Shown: in pieces, positions 25,076 through 37,565 of the stretch
Numbering within the stretch: position 1 is the first letter of the stretch
Layout of the letters: each line of letters starts with the position of its first letter
Source of the DNA: Heterodontus francisci
Taxonomy: Eukaryota
NCBI RefSeq assembly: GCF_036365525.1
Contig: NW_027140453.1
Span: forward strand, 744,001-808,000
Direction of reading: 5' to 3'
DNA: 64,000 bases
Program-made: the position numbers and the translations under genes
Notes under the pieces: generated by a model
Told to the model about the DNA's origin: nothing
Database searches by the model: none
The model's input: only the letters and a program-made list of their open reading frames with translations

Positions 25076-26659
25076 GATTTCTTCATTCGATACTAACTCG
25101 ATGTGTGAACGTGTGGAGTTTTCAACAACACACTTGCAGGCAGTTTCTATATTGTATCCAATTAAATACCCAGCATCCGGTTGTCATTGTGATTGGCAGT
25201 CACTTACTGCGACACTCTGCTCCACCCCATTAATTTACATAGCAATGTTGTAGAATGATACAACACAAGGGGATAGGGGGAGATTGAATAGAGGTGTTCA
25301 CATTTCAGAAAGGGATTTGATAGAGTAGAATTCAGGGAAACAACCCTCTGTACCCGGAGAGTGTGCCCATCCCTTATTGCCCTTGAGTTGGTGGTGGTGA
25401 ACCATCTTCGGGAATGCCTGCTGGGCAGTTAATAGTCAACAACATTGCTGTTGGTCTGGAGGCACATATAGGCCAGACCGTGTAAGAACGGCATATTTCA
25501 CTATGTTCACTATGGAGAAGGATGATGTAGGTGTAGATATCAGGGAGGGGGGTTGTGATATACTTGAACATATTAGCTTTTAAAGGGAGGAGTATTAGCT
25601 GTTTTAGCAGTCTTAAAAGTGGATAAGACCGCAGCCCGGATGAGACATATCCCAGGCTGTTATGTGAGGCAAGGGAGGAGATTTCAGGGCCTCTGACACA
25701 AATTTTCAATTCCCCTCTGGCCACAGGAGTGGTCTCAGAGGACTGGAGGATAGCGAATGTTGTACCATTATTCAAGAAGGACACTTGTGCTCTTCTGAAC
25801 TCGCTGTCAGGAGGCAGGTGTCCCAGAGATGAAGTTATCTGGAGAGGGATCTCGCCTTTCAACAGTGTGAAACAGCGGTCAGATGGTTAAGGGTTCCGAG
25901 CTGAGTTAGTTCCTGTTCATTGGGGGGTTGTTCGCCTCTGTGTAGTGAAGGTTAGAGGGAGATTAACAAGACTGGTACCAGGGATGAGGGAGCTCAATTA
26001 CTGTGGAGAGACTGGAGAAGCTGGGGGTTTCTCTCCTGAGAGCAGAGAAGGTTAATGGTAGATGTGATACAGATATTGAAGATGATAAAAGATTTTGATA
26101 GATAATTGATGACAAACCACATCATCTACTGGTCAATGTATAGAAAATCCCGGAAAAGATGGTCATTCATTATATTGGTGCAGCATGTTTAATTAGTTCA
26201 TACAAAGTGTAATCACCCAAAGATAGAGTTGGATAGATAGAGAGACAGAGAGATAGATCACCAGGGAGAGAGATAGATTGATATCGAGAGAGGTAGAGAA
26301 ATAGAGAGTTGGAGGGAAAGTCAGACAGGTAGAGAAATAGCGAGCTGCATGGAGAGACAGTCACTGCTCCTGTAAAAGACAGGAATGTTAATTCGCATTC
26401 TACCATTTTACGCCAGCTTTGCAGCCAGTGGTAGAGTGGGGAATAGAGAGAGGGAGCGAGAGAGATGGAGAGAGTGGGATGGAGAGAGAGGGATGGAGAC
26501 AGAGGGATGGTTAGAGAGGAATGGAGACAGAGGGATGGAGAGAGGGAGCGACAGAAAGTTATTGATAAGTCATTAACTCATTGAAGGGCGGAGTGTTTTC
26601 GAGGTGATGAATGTTCTCCTTGTGTTCCCAGGTCACTGTTAAAGTGTGTTCCAGACTCT

Positions 26660-26960
26660 GATGGAGAGAGGAGGAGATCAGTAAACAGGGAACTTCTGGG
26701 AATGAAAGGGAGACAGGGAGAGTAAAGGAAAGTTATTAACGATAATCTTTGTATTTCACACTCACTTACAATGAAACAGGATTATCAGAACCAGTAACTG
26801 ATGCATCTTTCACATCGACCTGTTCCCTTAATAGACACAGGAGTGAGATCAGGAGCTTCGAGTCTTGTGAGGGTCCAAATTCACTCTTTACAAATCATTG
26901 GGAGCAACATGAAGAACGTCAGGAAGTGATACAATGTTGGAGACGCCCATTCCCCAGGTC
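26660..26960 (-). pseudogene. Orphan intron and leader of a CAW-family V; V exon deleted
   Basis: Matches 38660-38960 (intron and leader of the 38.4-kb V), but no V exon follows. Confidence 0.7.
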
Positions 26961-27925
26961 AACAAATAACAATCGAATTCGTTGCCAATCTCCTTCTCTC
27001 TCTCCATATATATATATATATATACGTATATCTTTTTACCTTCAGCTCTTTTGCTCTCTCTTCCTGTGTCTGTCACCTCATGTGTCAAGGGTTCTGTCTT
27101 CCACTCTCTCCTACTCTCTCTCGCTATCTCAGTCTATTTTTACTCTCTTTCTCTCTCTGTCTTTCTCTCTCTCTCATCGTGTATCCAGGGTTCTGTCTCC
27201 CACTCTCTCCTTCTTTCTGACTCTCCCTTTCTCTTACTCTTGCTTTCTCTTTAGTTCTTTCCCTGTCTCTGTCTCTCTCTAGATCTATCTCCCTAGATGT
27301 CGCAGGCTCTTTGTCTCAGTCTCTCTTTCTCTCCTTCTCTCTCTCAGTGTCGCACTCTCTCTCTCTCTCTTGCTGTCTCGCTGTCTTTGCCTCGATTTCT
27401 GTCTCCCTCTCTATCTCAGTCTCTTTAACTCTATCTGTCGTTTTCTCTCTCTCTCACCAGATCTCTCTGTCACACGCTCTTTCTCTCTCTATCGAAGTAG
27501 GTGTCCTTGTCCTGTTGATGTGTATCAAGCTGGATCTACATGGATCTCCTGCTCTTTCAGTTTTCTCACTGAATCCTTCTCAAAGCCATTGTCCGTTCCA
27601 TGGTCCTGGATCCCCCTCTGCTGTCCCTGTGGAGAAGGTAAACACAGGGTCAGTGCATAAAAACCCAGATTATTGTCATTGATTCCTGATAGTTACATTC
27701 TGAGATCTCGTGACATCTTTATTAATCGTTCATTGCACCCTCGGCAGTACCTGTAAATCTAGTGTGTCACTACAACCATAACTCAACTCTTTTTATTGTA
27801 ACAAACACTTTCACTCTGCATAAGGGAACAGGAGGTCGAGGCACCGAACGATATTATCCTCCACAGGTGCTTCCTGCTGCCTTTGGGGTTTTTGTTGAAC
27901 TGCTCCATCTCTCTGAGTCACTGTG

Positions 27926-28559
27926 AAGACTCCAGGCACAGACATACAAGGCCGAGTGATTCTCCTACAGGCTGGAGGACTCCAGGTTGAACTTGGAGTT
28001 ACTCGGTCTCTCAGCAGTGAAACTCTCCACCTAACGTTCTGAGTTCACCCTTTGTGCAGTTAGGGAGTAAAACATCAGCTGCGGCTCCTTCCCCGAGTAT
28101 TGTCTGTACCAGTACATGTAAGGGTTACTGGTACCATCCACGGTGCATTTCAGCTTCACCTGCTCCCCAGAAAAGTTGGCAACAGTGGCGGGAGTCTGGT
28201 TTATAGTCTGTGAGTTCACATCTCGGAAAGAGACAGGGAGAGGAGGAGATCAGTAAACAGACAACTTCAGTCCAGTGGGGAGAAAGAGGAGAGAGAGAGA
28301 AAATCAGTCCAGTAGGGAGAGAGAAAGAGAGAGAAGGAGAGAACGAAATAAATAAAAACATATCCTAAAGAAATGTTTAGCGGAATTATTGTTTCAATAA
28401 AATTCCTTACGGTGAAACAGGGTGATCAGAGTCAGTAACAGATACATCTTTTCCTTTAAGCTGCCCTCTGAATCTGCAAAGGGGAGAGAGCAGGCGTGAT
28501 GAGTGTTGTTAATAACCAACCCACTCTTTACAAATCATTGGGAGGAACAGGGAGAGCAT
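27926..28559 (-). pseudogene. TCR V pseudogene (TRBV30-like CAW family), two in-frame stops
   Basis: VNSQTINQTPA..CTVDGTSNPYMYWYRQ..NSER*VESF..SSL*ENHSALYVCAWS. Consensus RSS CACAGTG 27925-27919 / 23 / ACAAAAACC 27895-27887. Confidence 0.9.
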
Positions 28560-28614
28560 TAGGAAGTGATCAACTCATCAACAAATGAGAATCGAGTTGG
28601 TTGCCAATGTCCCA

Positions 28615-28650
<36 letters not shown>

Positions 28651-29191
28651 GTCTCTTACCTGCGCTGTTTTTTTCTTTCGCTCTGTCTCTGTCTCACATT
28701 CTCTACCTCCCTATAGGTTTCAGTCTCTTTATCTCAGTCTCTCTCTCTCGCACACACACTAGGTCTCTCTCTCTCTCAGTCTCTCTCTTTGTCTCTCCCT
28801 CTATCTCTCTTTCTCTCTAAGGAGGTGGGTGTCCTTCTCTTGGTCATGTATATCAACCTGGAGGACTGTATGATCTCCCACTATTTCAGTTTTCCTATTA
28901 ACTCTTTCTCAAAGCCATTGTGCATCACATGGTCCTCGAGCGTCCTCAGCTGTCCCCATAGTGAAAATATACACAGTGTCAGTCTATAACTGCCCCACTC
29001 CTTTCATTGTTATTCTTCGCTGACAGTTACTATCCTGAGATCACGGATATTCTAATTCAATGAGCTGGAAGATGAATGGGCACGAATACAAAGCTGTGCA
29101 TGTGTGTGTGTGTGTTTTTCACTCGCTCTGTCTTTAGTTCACTGCCCCTCTCTGTTTTACTGCTCTTTGTCTTTCTGTCCCTCTCTCTTTC

Positions 29192-29231
<40 letters not shown>

Positions 29232-29920
29232 TGTCTGTCTGTCTGCCAATATGTCTCAGTCTCTTCATCTGTGTTTTCTTTTTTTTTTCTCAGTCTCTGT
29301 CGCTCGGTCTTTCTTGTTTTCTCTCTCAGTTCTCTGGATCTTTGTTCTCTCTTTCTATCGCTCTCACTCTCTCTCAACCTTTCTTGGTCCCTTTCTCTGT
29401 CCTCCTCTCTGTCACCGTCTCTGTCTCCCTCTCTGTCCTCTTCTCTGTTTCAGTTTCTTGGTCTCATTCTCTCAGTATCATTCTCTCTTTCTCTCAGACT
29501 TTTTCTCTCAGTCTCTCTGTCTCAGTCTCTCTGTTCCCCTCTCTGTCTCAGTCTCTCTGTCTCAGTCTCTCTGTCTCAGTCTCTCTTTTTCAGTCTGTTG
29601 TCTCTGTCAGTTTTCCTCTAAATCTCGTTCTGACCCTCTCTCACACTCGGTCTCCCTCTCTTTGTCTCTCTCACTGTGTGTGTGTATATCCCTCTCTAAG
29701 GTGATGAATGTCCTTCTCCTGTCCATGTGTCTGAAGCTGGAGGGCTGGATGACCTCTGCCTCTTTCTGTTTTCCTATTAAATGTTTTGCAGGCCATTGTG
29801 TATTCATGGTCCTGGAGCACCCTCCGTTAACAATATAGAGGAAGAAAACTCAGTGTCAGTGCAGTAAAACTCAGTCGTTTTATAGTTAATTCTTCCTGAT
29901 AGTTACAACCTCAGATCTGG

Positions 29921-32795
29921 TTTAATGCAAGAAGTGTAGTAGGTAAGGCAGATGAACTTAGGGCTTGGATTAGTACCTGGGAGTATGATGTTATTGCTAT
30001 TACTGAGACCTGGTTGAGGGAAGGGCATGATTGGCAACTAAATATCCCAGGATATCGATGCTTCAGGCAGGATAGAGAGGGAGGTAAAAGGGGTGGAGGA
30101 GTTGCATTACTGGTCAAAGAGGATATCACAGCTGTGCTGAAGGAGGGCACTATGGAGGACTCGAGCAGTGAGGCAATATGGACAGAACTCAGAAATAGGA
30201 AGGGTGCGGTAACAATGTTGGGGCTGTACTACAGGCCTCCCAACAGCGAGCGTGAGATAGAGGTACAAATATGTAAACAGATTATGGAAAGATGTAGGAG
30301 CAACAGGGTGGTGGTGATAGGAGATTTTAATTTTCCCAACATTGACTGGGATTCACTTAGTGTTAGAGGTCTAGATGGAGCAGAATTTGTAAGGAGCATC
30401 CAGGAGGGTTTTCTGGAGCAGTATGTAAATAGTCCAACTCGGGAAGGGGCCATACTGGACCTGGTGTTGGGGAATGAGCCCGGCCAGGTGGTTGAAGTTT
30501 CAGTAGGGGACTACTTTGGGAATAGTGATCACAATTCCGTAAGCTTTAAAATACTCATGGACAAAGACGAGAGTGGTCCAAAAGGGAGAGTGCTAAATTG
30601 GGGGAAGGCCAACTACACCAAAATTCGGCAGGAGCTGGGAAATGTAGATTGGGAGCAGCTGTTTGAAGGTAAATCCACATGTGATATGTGGGAGGCTTTT
30701 AAAGAGAGGTTGATTAGCGTGCAGGAGAGACATGTTCCTGTGAAAATGAGGGATAGAAATGGCAAGATTAGGGAACCATGGATGACAGGTGAAATTGTGA
30801 GACTAGCTAAGAGGGAAAAGGAAGCATACATAAGGTCTAGGCGGCTGATGAAAGACGAAGCTTTGAAAGAATATCGGGAATGTAGGACCAATCTGAAACG
30901 AGGAATTAAGAGGGCTAAAAGGGGTCATGAAATATCTTTAGCAAACAGGGTTAAGGAAAATCCCAAAGCCTTTTATTCATATATAAGGAGAAAGAGGGTA
31001 ACTAGAGAAAGGATTGGCCCACTAAAGGACAAAGGAGGAATGTTATGCTTGGACTCAGAGAAAATGGGTGAGATTCTAAACGAGTACTTTGCATCGGTAT
31101 TCACCGAGGAGAGGGACATGACGGATGTTGAGGTTAGGAACAGATGTTTGATTACTCTAGGTCAAGTCGGCATAAGGAGGGAGGAAGTGTTGGGTATTCT
31201 AAAGGGCATTAAGGTGGACAAGTCCCCAGGTCCGGATGGGATCTATCCCAGGTTACTGAGGGAAGCGAGAGAGGAAATAGCTGGGGCCTTAACAGATATC
31301 TTTGCAGCATCCTTAAACACGGGTGAGGTCCCGGAGGACTGGAGAATTGCTAATGTTGTCCCCTTGTTTAAGAAGGGTAGCAGGGATAATCCAGGTAATT
31401 ATAGACCGGTGAGCCTGACGTCAGTGGTAGGGAAGCTGCTGGAGAAGATACTGAGGGATAGGATCTATTCCCATTTGGAAGAAAATGGGCTCATCAGTGA
31501 TAGGCAACATGGTTTTGTGCAGGGAAGGTCATGTCTTACCAACTTAATAGAATTCTTTGAGGAAGTGACAAAGTTGATTGATGAGGGAAGGGCTGTCGAT
31601 GTCATATACATGGACTTCAGTAAGGCGTTTGATAAGGTTCCCCATGGCAGGCTGATGGAGAAAGTGAAGGCGCTTGGGGTCCAAGGTGTACTAGCTAGAT
31701 GGATAAAGAACTGGCTGGGCAACAGGAGACAGAGAGTAGCAGTAGAAGGGAGTTTCTCAAAATGGAGACGTGTGACCAGTGGTGTTCCACAGGGATCCGT
31801 GCTGGGACCACTGTTGTTTGTGATATACATTAATGATTTGGAGGAAAGTATAGGTGGACTGATTAGAAAATTTGCAGACGACACTAAGATTGGTGGAGTA
31901 GCAGATAGTGAAGGGGACTGTCAGAGAATACAGCAGAATATAGATAGATTGGAGGCTTGGGCAGAGAAATGGCAGATGGAGTTCAATCAGGGCAAATGCG
32001 AGGTGATGCATTTTGGAAGATCCAATTCAAGAGTGAACTATACAGTAAATGGAAAAGTCCTGGGGAAAATTGATGTCCAGAGAGATTTGGGTGTTCAGGT
32101 CCACTGTTCCCTGAAGGTGGCAACGCAGGTAAATAGAGTGGTCAAGAAGGCATACGGCATGCTTTCCTTCATCGGACGGGGCATTGAGTACAAGAGTTGG
32201 CAGGTCATGTTACAGTTGTATAGGACTTTGGTTCGGCCACATTTGGAATACTGCGTACAGTTCTGGTCGCCACATTATCAAAAGGATGTGGATGCTTTGG
32301 AAAGGGTGCAGAGGAGGTTCACCAGGATGTTGCCTGGTATGGAGGGCGCTAGCTATGAAGAGAGGTTGAGCAGATTAGGATTATTTTCATTAGAAAGACG
32401 GAGGTTGAGGGGGGACCTGATTGAGGTGTACAAAATCATGAGAGGTATAGACAGGGTGGATAGCAAGAGGCTTTTTCCCAGAGTGGGGGTTTCAATTACT
32501 AGAGGACACGAGTTCAAAGTGAAAGGGGAAACGTTTAGGGGGGATATGCGTGGAAAGTTCTTTACGCAGAGGGTGGTGGGCACCTGGAACGCATTGCCAG
32601 CGGAGGTGGTAGATGCGGGCACGATGGAGTCTTTTAAGATGTATCTAGACAGATACATGAATGGGCAGGAAGAAAAGAGATACAGAACCTTAGAAAATAG
32701 GCGACATGTTTAGAGAGAGGATCTGGATCGGCGCAGGCTTGGAGGGCCGAAGGGCCTGTTCCTGTGCTGTAATTATCTTTGTTCTTTTTGTTCTT
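29921..32795 (+). mobile_element. CR1 LINE, 5'-truncated, with uninterrupted ORF2 (APE endonuclease + reverse transcriptase)
   Basis: Frame open from 29921 (FNARS..ITETW) to stop 32713; motifs GDFNFP, SDHN, NYRPVSLTS, QGSVLGP, FADD; 3' UTR with (CTTTGTT)-like tail. Confidence 0.95.
30014..32713 (+). CDS. CR1 ORF2 endonuclease/reverse transcriptase
   Basis: 899-aa ORF in the track, extendable 31 codons upstream; EN and RT motifs present. Confidence 0.9.
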   Translation: MREGHDWQLNIPGYRCFRQDREGGKRGGGVALLVKEDITAVLKEGTMEDSSSEAIWTELRNRKGAVTMLGLYYRPPNSEREIEVQICKQIMERCRSNRVVVIGDFNFPNIDWDSLSVRGLDGAEFVRSIQEGFLEQYVNSPTREGAILDLVLGNEPGQVVEVSVGDYFGNSDHNSVSFKILMDKDESGPKGRVLNWGKANYTKIRQELGNVDWEQLFEGKSTCDMWEAFKERLISVQERHVPVKMRDRNGKIREPWMTGEIVRLAKREKEAYIRSRRLMKDEALKEYRECRTNLKRGIKRAKRGHEISLANRVKENPKAFYSYIRRKRVTRERIGPLKDKGGMLCLDSEKMGEILNEYFASVFTEERDMTDVEVRNRCLITLGQVGIRREEVLGILKGIKVDKSPGPDGIYPRLLREAREEIAGALTDIFAASLNTGEVPEDWRIANVVPLFKKGSRDNPGNYRPVSLTSVVGKLLEKILRDRIYSHLEENGLISDRQHGFVQGRSCLTNLIEFFEEVTKLIDEGRAVDVIYMDFSKAFDKVPHGRLMEKVKALGVQGVLARWIKNWLGNRRQRVAVEGSFSKWRRVTSGVPQGSVLGPLLFVIYINDLEESIGGLIRKFADDTKIGGVADSEGDCQRIQQNIDRLEAWAEKWQMEFNQGKCEVMHFGRSNSRVNYTVNGKVLGKIDVQRDLGVQVHCSLKVATQVNRVVKKAYGMLSFIGRGIEYKSWQVMLQLYRTLVRPHLEYCVQFWSPHYQKDVDALERVQRRFTRMLPGMEGASYEERLSRLGLFSLERRRLRGDLIEVYKIMRGIDRVDSKRLFPRVGVSITRGHEFKVKGETFRGDMRGKFFTQRVVGTWNALPAEVVDAGTMESFKMYLDRYMNGQEEKRYRTLENRRHV

Positions 32796-33011
32796 TGGTG
32801 TTATTCTTGTTAATTGTTCTTTGCGCATTCTCCATTACCTGTATATCTAATCTCTCACTACCACTCAAACCCATCTCTTCTTGTTATCATAAACACTTTC
32901 TCTCTGCAAAACGAAAGAAGTTAGAGGCTCCGAGCAGTTTTATCCTCCACAGGTGTTTCCTGCTGCCTTTGGTGTTGTTGATGAACTGCTCCATCTCTCT
33001 GAGTCACTGTG

Positions 33012-33632
33012 AAGACTCCAGGCACAGAAATACATGGCCCAGTGATCCTCCCGGAGGCTGGAGGACTCCAGGTTGAAGTCGGAGTTGCTCGGTCTCTCGG
33101 CGGTGAAACCCTCCAACGCCTCCTCCGGATTTATGTGATTAGTATCCGTGGAATAAAACATAAACTAGTCTCCTTCCCCGGGTATTGTCTGTACCAGAAC
33201 ATCTCAGGGTTACTGCTGCCCTGCACAGTGCATTTCAGCTTCACCTTCTCCCCAGAATATTTGGAGACAGCGGCGGGAGTCTGGTGGATAGTCTGTGAGT
33301 TCACATCTGGGAAAGAGACAGGGAGAGGAGGAGATCAATAAACAGGAACATTCAGTCAGTGGGGGAGAGAGAAAGAGAGAAAGAGAGAGAGAAATAAATA
33401 AAAACATAACCTCCAGAAATGTGAAGTAGAATTATTGTTTCAATAAAGTCCCTTACGGTGAATCAGAGTGATCAGAGTCAGTAACAGATACATCTTTTAC
33501 TTGAAATTGCCCTCTGAATCAGTAAAGGGGAGGGAGCAGGAGTGATTAGTGTTGTCAACAACCAACCCACTCTTTACAAATCATTGGGAGGAACAGGGAG
33601 AGCATTAGGAAGTGATGCAGAGATGGTGACAT
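33012..33632 (-). pseudogene. TCR V pseudogene (CAW family), frameshift in FR2; leader 33632-33578
   Basis: VNSQTIHQTPAAV..CTVQGSSNPEMFWYRQYPGKET, then a shift to MFYSTDT..MYFCAWSL. Heptamer 33011-33005; degenerate nonamer TCAACAACA. Confidence 0.88.
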
Positions 33633-33663
33633 TCATTTCCCACATCAACAAATGAGAATCGAG

Positions 33664-33839
33664 NNNNNNNNNNNNNNNNNNNNNNNNNNNNNNNNNNNNN
33701 NNNNNNNNNNNNNNNNNNNNNNNNNNNNNNNNNNNNNNNNNNNNNNNNNNNNNNNNNNNNNNNNNNNNNNNNNNNNNNNNNNNNNNNNNNNNNNNNNNNN
33801 NNNNNNNNNNNNNNNNNNNNNNNNNNNNNNNNNNNNNNN
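33664..33839. other. Assembly gap (N run)
   Basis: Run of N. Confidence 1.
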
Positions 33840-35760
33840 ATCTCTCTCTCTCAATCTCTTTGTGTCAACCTCTCTGTCTCTGACTCTTTGTTTCAGTCTC
33901 TCTCTTTCTCAGTCTCTCTGTCTCAGTCTCTTTGTCTCAGTCTCTCTCTCAGTCTCTCTCTCTCTCTCATTATCTCTCTCTCAGTCTCCCTCTCGCAGAC
34001 TCTCCCTCTCTCAGACTCTCTGTCTCAGTCTCTTTGTCTGAGTCTCTCTGTCTCAGAGTCTCTGTCTCAGTCTCTCTCTCATAGTCTCTCTCTCACAGTC
34101 TCTTTGACTCAGTCTTTTTGTCTCAGTCTCCCTCTCTCTCTCTCAGTATCTCTCTCTCAGTCTCTTTGTCTCAGTCTCTCTCAGTCTCTCTCTCTCTCTC
34201 TCAAGTCTCTCTCTCAGTCTCTCTCTCAGTCTCTCTCTCACAGTCTCTTCGTCTCAATCTCTCTGTCTCAATCTCTTTGTGTCAGACTCTCCATCTCTGA
34301 CTCTTTGTCTCAGTCTCTCTCTCACTCAGTCTCTCTGACTCAGTCTCTCTCTTTCAGTCTCCCTCTCTCCTTTTCTCAGAGTCTCTGTCTCAGTCTCTCT
34401 CTTTCAGTCTCCCATTCTCCTTCTCTCAGACTCTCTGTCTCAGTCTCTTTGTCCCAGGCTCTCTTGCACAGTTTCTTTTTCTCAGTCTCTTTGTCTCAGT
34501 CTCTCTCTCTCTCTCTCTCTCTCAAGTCTCTCTCTCAGTCTCTATCTCACAGTCTCTTCGTCTCAATCTCTCTGTCTCAATCTCTTTATGTCAGCCTCTC
34601 CATCTCTGACTCTTTGTCTCAGTCTCTCTCTCTCTCAGCCTCTCTGTCTCAGTCTCTCTCTTTCAGTCTCCCTCTCTCCTTTTCTCAGAGTCTCTGTCTC
34701 AGTCTCTCTCTTTCAGTCTCCCATTCTCCTTCTCTCAGACTCTCTGTCTCAGTCTCTTTGTCCCAGGCTCTCTTGCACAGTTTCTTTTTCTCAGTCTCTT
34801 TGTCTCAGTCTCTCTCTCTCAGTATCTCTCTCTCAGTCTCTTTGTCTCATTCTCTTTGTCATGCTCTTTGTCTCAGTCTCTCTCTCTCTCAGCCTCTCTC
34901 TCTCAGTCTCTCTCTCTCTCAGTCTCTCTCTCTCAGTCTCTCTGTCTCAGTCTCTCTCTGTCTCAGTCTCTCTCTCTCAGTCTCTCTGTCTCAGTCTCTC
35001 TCTGTCTCAGTCTCAGTCTCTCTCTCTCAGCCTCTCTCTCTCTCAGTCTCTTTGTGTCAGTCTCTCACTCTCAGTCTCTCTCTCTCTCTGTCTCTCTCTG
35101 TCTCTCAGTCAGACTCTCACTCCCTCTCAGTCTCTATCTCTCAGTCTCTCTCGCTCTCAGTCTCTCTCTCTCGGTCTCTCTGTTTCAGTCTCTCTCTGTC
35201 TCAGTCTCTCACTCTCAGTCTCTTTGTCTCAGTCTCTCTGTCTCAGTCTCAGTCTCTCTCTCTGTCTCTCTCTCTGTCAGACACTCTCTCCCTCTCAGTC
35301 TCTCTCTCTCTCAGTCTCTCTCTCTCAGTCTCTGTCTCAGTCTCTCTCTGTCTCAGTCTCTCTCTCTCAGTCTCTCTGTCTCAGTCTCTCTCTGTCTCAG
35401 TCTCAGTCTCTCTCTCTCAGCCTCTCTCTCTCTCAGTCTCTTTGTGTCAGTCTCTCACTCTCAGTCTCTCTCTCTCTCTGTCTCTCTCTGTCTCTCAGTC
35501 AGACTCTCACTCCCTCTCAGTCTCTATCTCTCAGTCTCTCTCGCTCTCAGTCTCTCTCTCTCGGTCTCTCTGTTTCAGTCTCTCTCTGTCTCAGTCTCTC
35601 ACTCTCAGTCTCTCTCTCTGTCTCTCTGTCTCAGTCTCTCTCTCTCTCTCTGTCTCTCTCTCTGTCAGACACTCTCTCCCTCTGAGTCTCTATCTCTCAG
35701 TCTCTCTCACTCTCAGTCTCTCTGTCTCAGTCTCTTTATCTCTGTCAGTTTTCCTCTCAA
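33840..35760 (+). repeat. Large (CT)n/CTCAGT low-complexity expansion with internal duplications
   Basis: About 1.9 kb of TCTC/TCAGTC; source of the spurious Ser/Leu ORFs. Confidence 0.95.
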
Positions 35761-36313
35761 TCTCGTTCTCACCCTTTCTCTCACACTCGCTCTCTCTCTA
35801 TCTTTGTCTCTCCCGCTATCTGTGTGTATATCCGTCTCTAAGGTGATGAATGTCTTTCTCCTGTCCACGTGGATGAAGCTCGACCACTGTATGACCTCTG
35901 CCTCTTTCTGTTTTCCTATTAAATGCTTTCTCGTCCATTGTGTATTCATGGTCCTAGAGCACCCTCTGTTAACCCTATAGAGGAGGAAAACTCAATGTCA
36001 GTGCAGAAAAACTCAAGTCGTTTTATTGTTAATCTTTCCTGATCGTTACAACCTCAGATCTGGTGTTATCCTTGTTAATCATTCAGAGAGAGATAGAAAG
36101 TTTTACCGCACAGGTGAGTCCGTTCATTGTCACTTCGTCAGTGCCTGTACATTTATTATCTCACTTTTAGTCTCATTTGTCTTCTTATCGTCACAAACAC
36201 AATCGCCCTGCACAAAAAAAAAGCGGGAACACCGTGCAATTTTATCTCCCACAGGTGTTTCCTGCTGCCTTTGGGGTTTTTGTTGAACTGCTCCATCTCT
36301 CTGAGTCACTGTG

Positions 36314-36933
36314 AAGAATCCAGGCACAGAAATACACGGCCGAGTGATCCTCCCGCAGGCTGGAGGTCTCCAGGTTGAACTCGGAGTTACTCGGTCTCTC
36401 GGTGGTGAAACCATCCACCGCCTCCTCTGGAGATACGATATTGGCACCCGTGGAGTAAAACATAAACTGCGGTTCCTTCCCCGGGTATTGTCAGTACCAG
36501 AACATGTTAGGGTTACTGGTGCTGCTGCCCAGCACGGTGCATTTCAGCTTCACCTGCTCCCCAGGAATTTTGGAGACAGTGGTGGGAGTCTGGCGGATAG
36601 TCTGTGAGTTCACATCTGGGAAAGAGACAGGGAGAGGAGGAGATCAGTAAACAGTAACATTCAGTCCAGTGGGGAGAGAGAAAGAGAGAGATAAATAAAT
36701 AAAAGCATAACCAAAAGAAATGTTAAGTGGACTTATTGTTTCAATAAAATCCCTTACGGTGAAACAGGGTGATCAGAGTCAGTAACAGATACATCTTTTA
36801 CTTTAAGCTGCCCTCTGAATCAGCAAAGGGGAGAAAGCAGGATTCATGAGTGTTGTCAAGAACCAACCCACTCTTTACAAATCATTGGGAGGAACGGGGA
36901 GAGCATTAGGAAGTGATGCAGAGATGGTGACAC
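36314..36933 (-). pseudogene. TCR V pseudogene (CAW family): one nonsense codon (WY*Q), leader ATG changed to GTG
   Basis: VNSQTIRQTPT..CTVLGSSTSNPNMFWY*QYPGKEPQFMFYS..HSAVYFCAWIL. Perfect RSS 36313-36307 / 23 / 36283-36275. Confidence 0.88.
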
Positions 36934-37530
36934 TTATTTTCAAGATCAACAAATGAGAATCGAGTTGGTTGTCAATGTTCCACTTTCTCTCTCTCTCTCT
37001 CCCTTTCTCTAACTTGTGCTGTGTTTTTCTCTCTGTCTCTGTCTCTCATTCTCTGCCTCCCTGTATGTCTCAGTCTCTTTATCTCGATCTCTCTCTCACA
37101 GATACAAACACACAAGGTCCCTTTCTCTCTTTGTCTCTCTCGCTGTGTGTCTCTCTCTCGAAGGAGGTGGGTGTCCTTCTCCTGGTCATGCATATCAACC
37201 TGGAGGACTGTATGATCTCTCACTGTTTCAGTTTTCCTATGAACTCCTTCTCAATGCCATTGTGCATCACATGGTCCTCGAGCGTCCTCAGCTGTCCCTG
37301 TGGTGAACATATACACAGTGTCAGTCTATAACAGCCCCAGTCCTTTTATTGTTATTCTTTCCTGACAGTTACTATCCTGAGATCACGGGATATTCTGATT
37401 CAATGAGCTGGAAGATGAATGGGCACGGATACAAAGCTGTGCATGTGTGTGTGTGTGTGTTTTTCACTCGCTCTGTCTTTAGTTCACTGTCCCTGTCTGT
37501 TTTACTGCTCTCTGTCTTTCTGTCCCTCTC

Positions 37531-37565
<35 letters not shown>

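Noticed and set aside
26340-26385. Acceptor-like ttttacag|GAVTVSPC on the minus strand as another V start
   Set aside because: No Ig motifs or RSS follow; it runs into GA repeats.
33888-35980. Long Ser/Leu-rich ORFs (652, 365, 374 aa) and similar ones at 29.1, 37.4, 43.7 and 58.1 kb
   Set aside because: Translations of CT/GA microsatellites that lack stops by composition.
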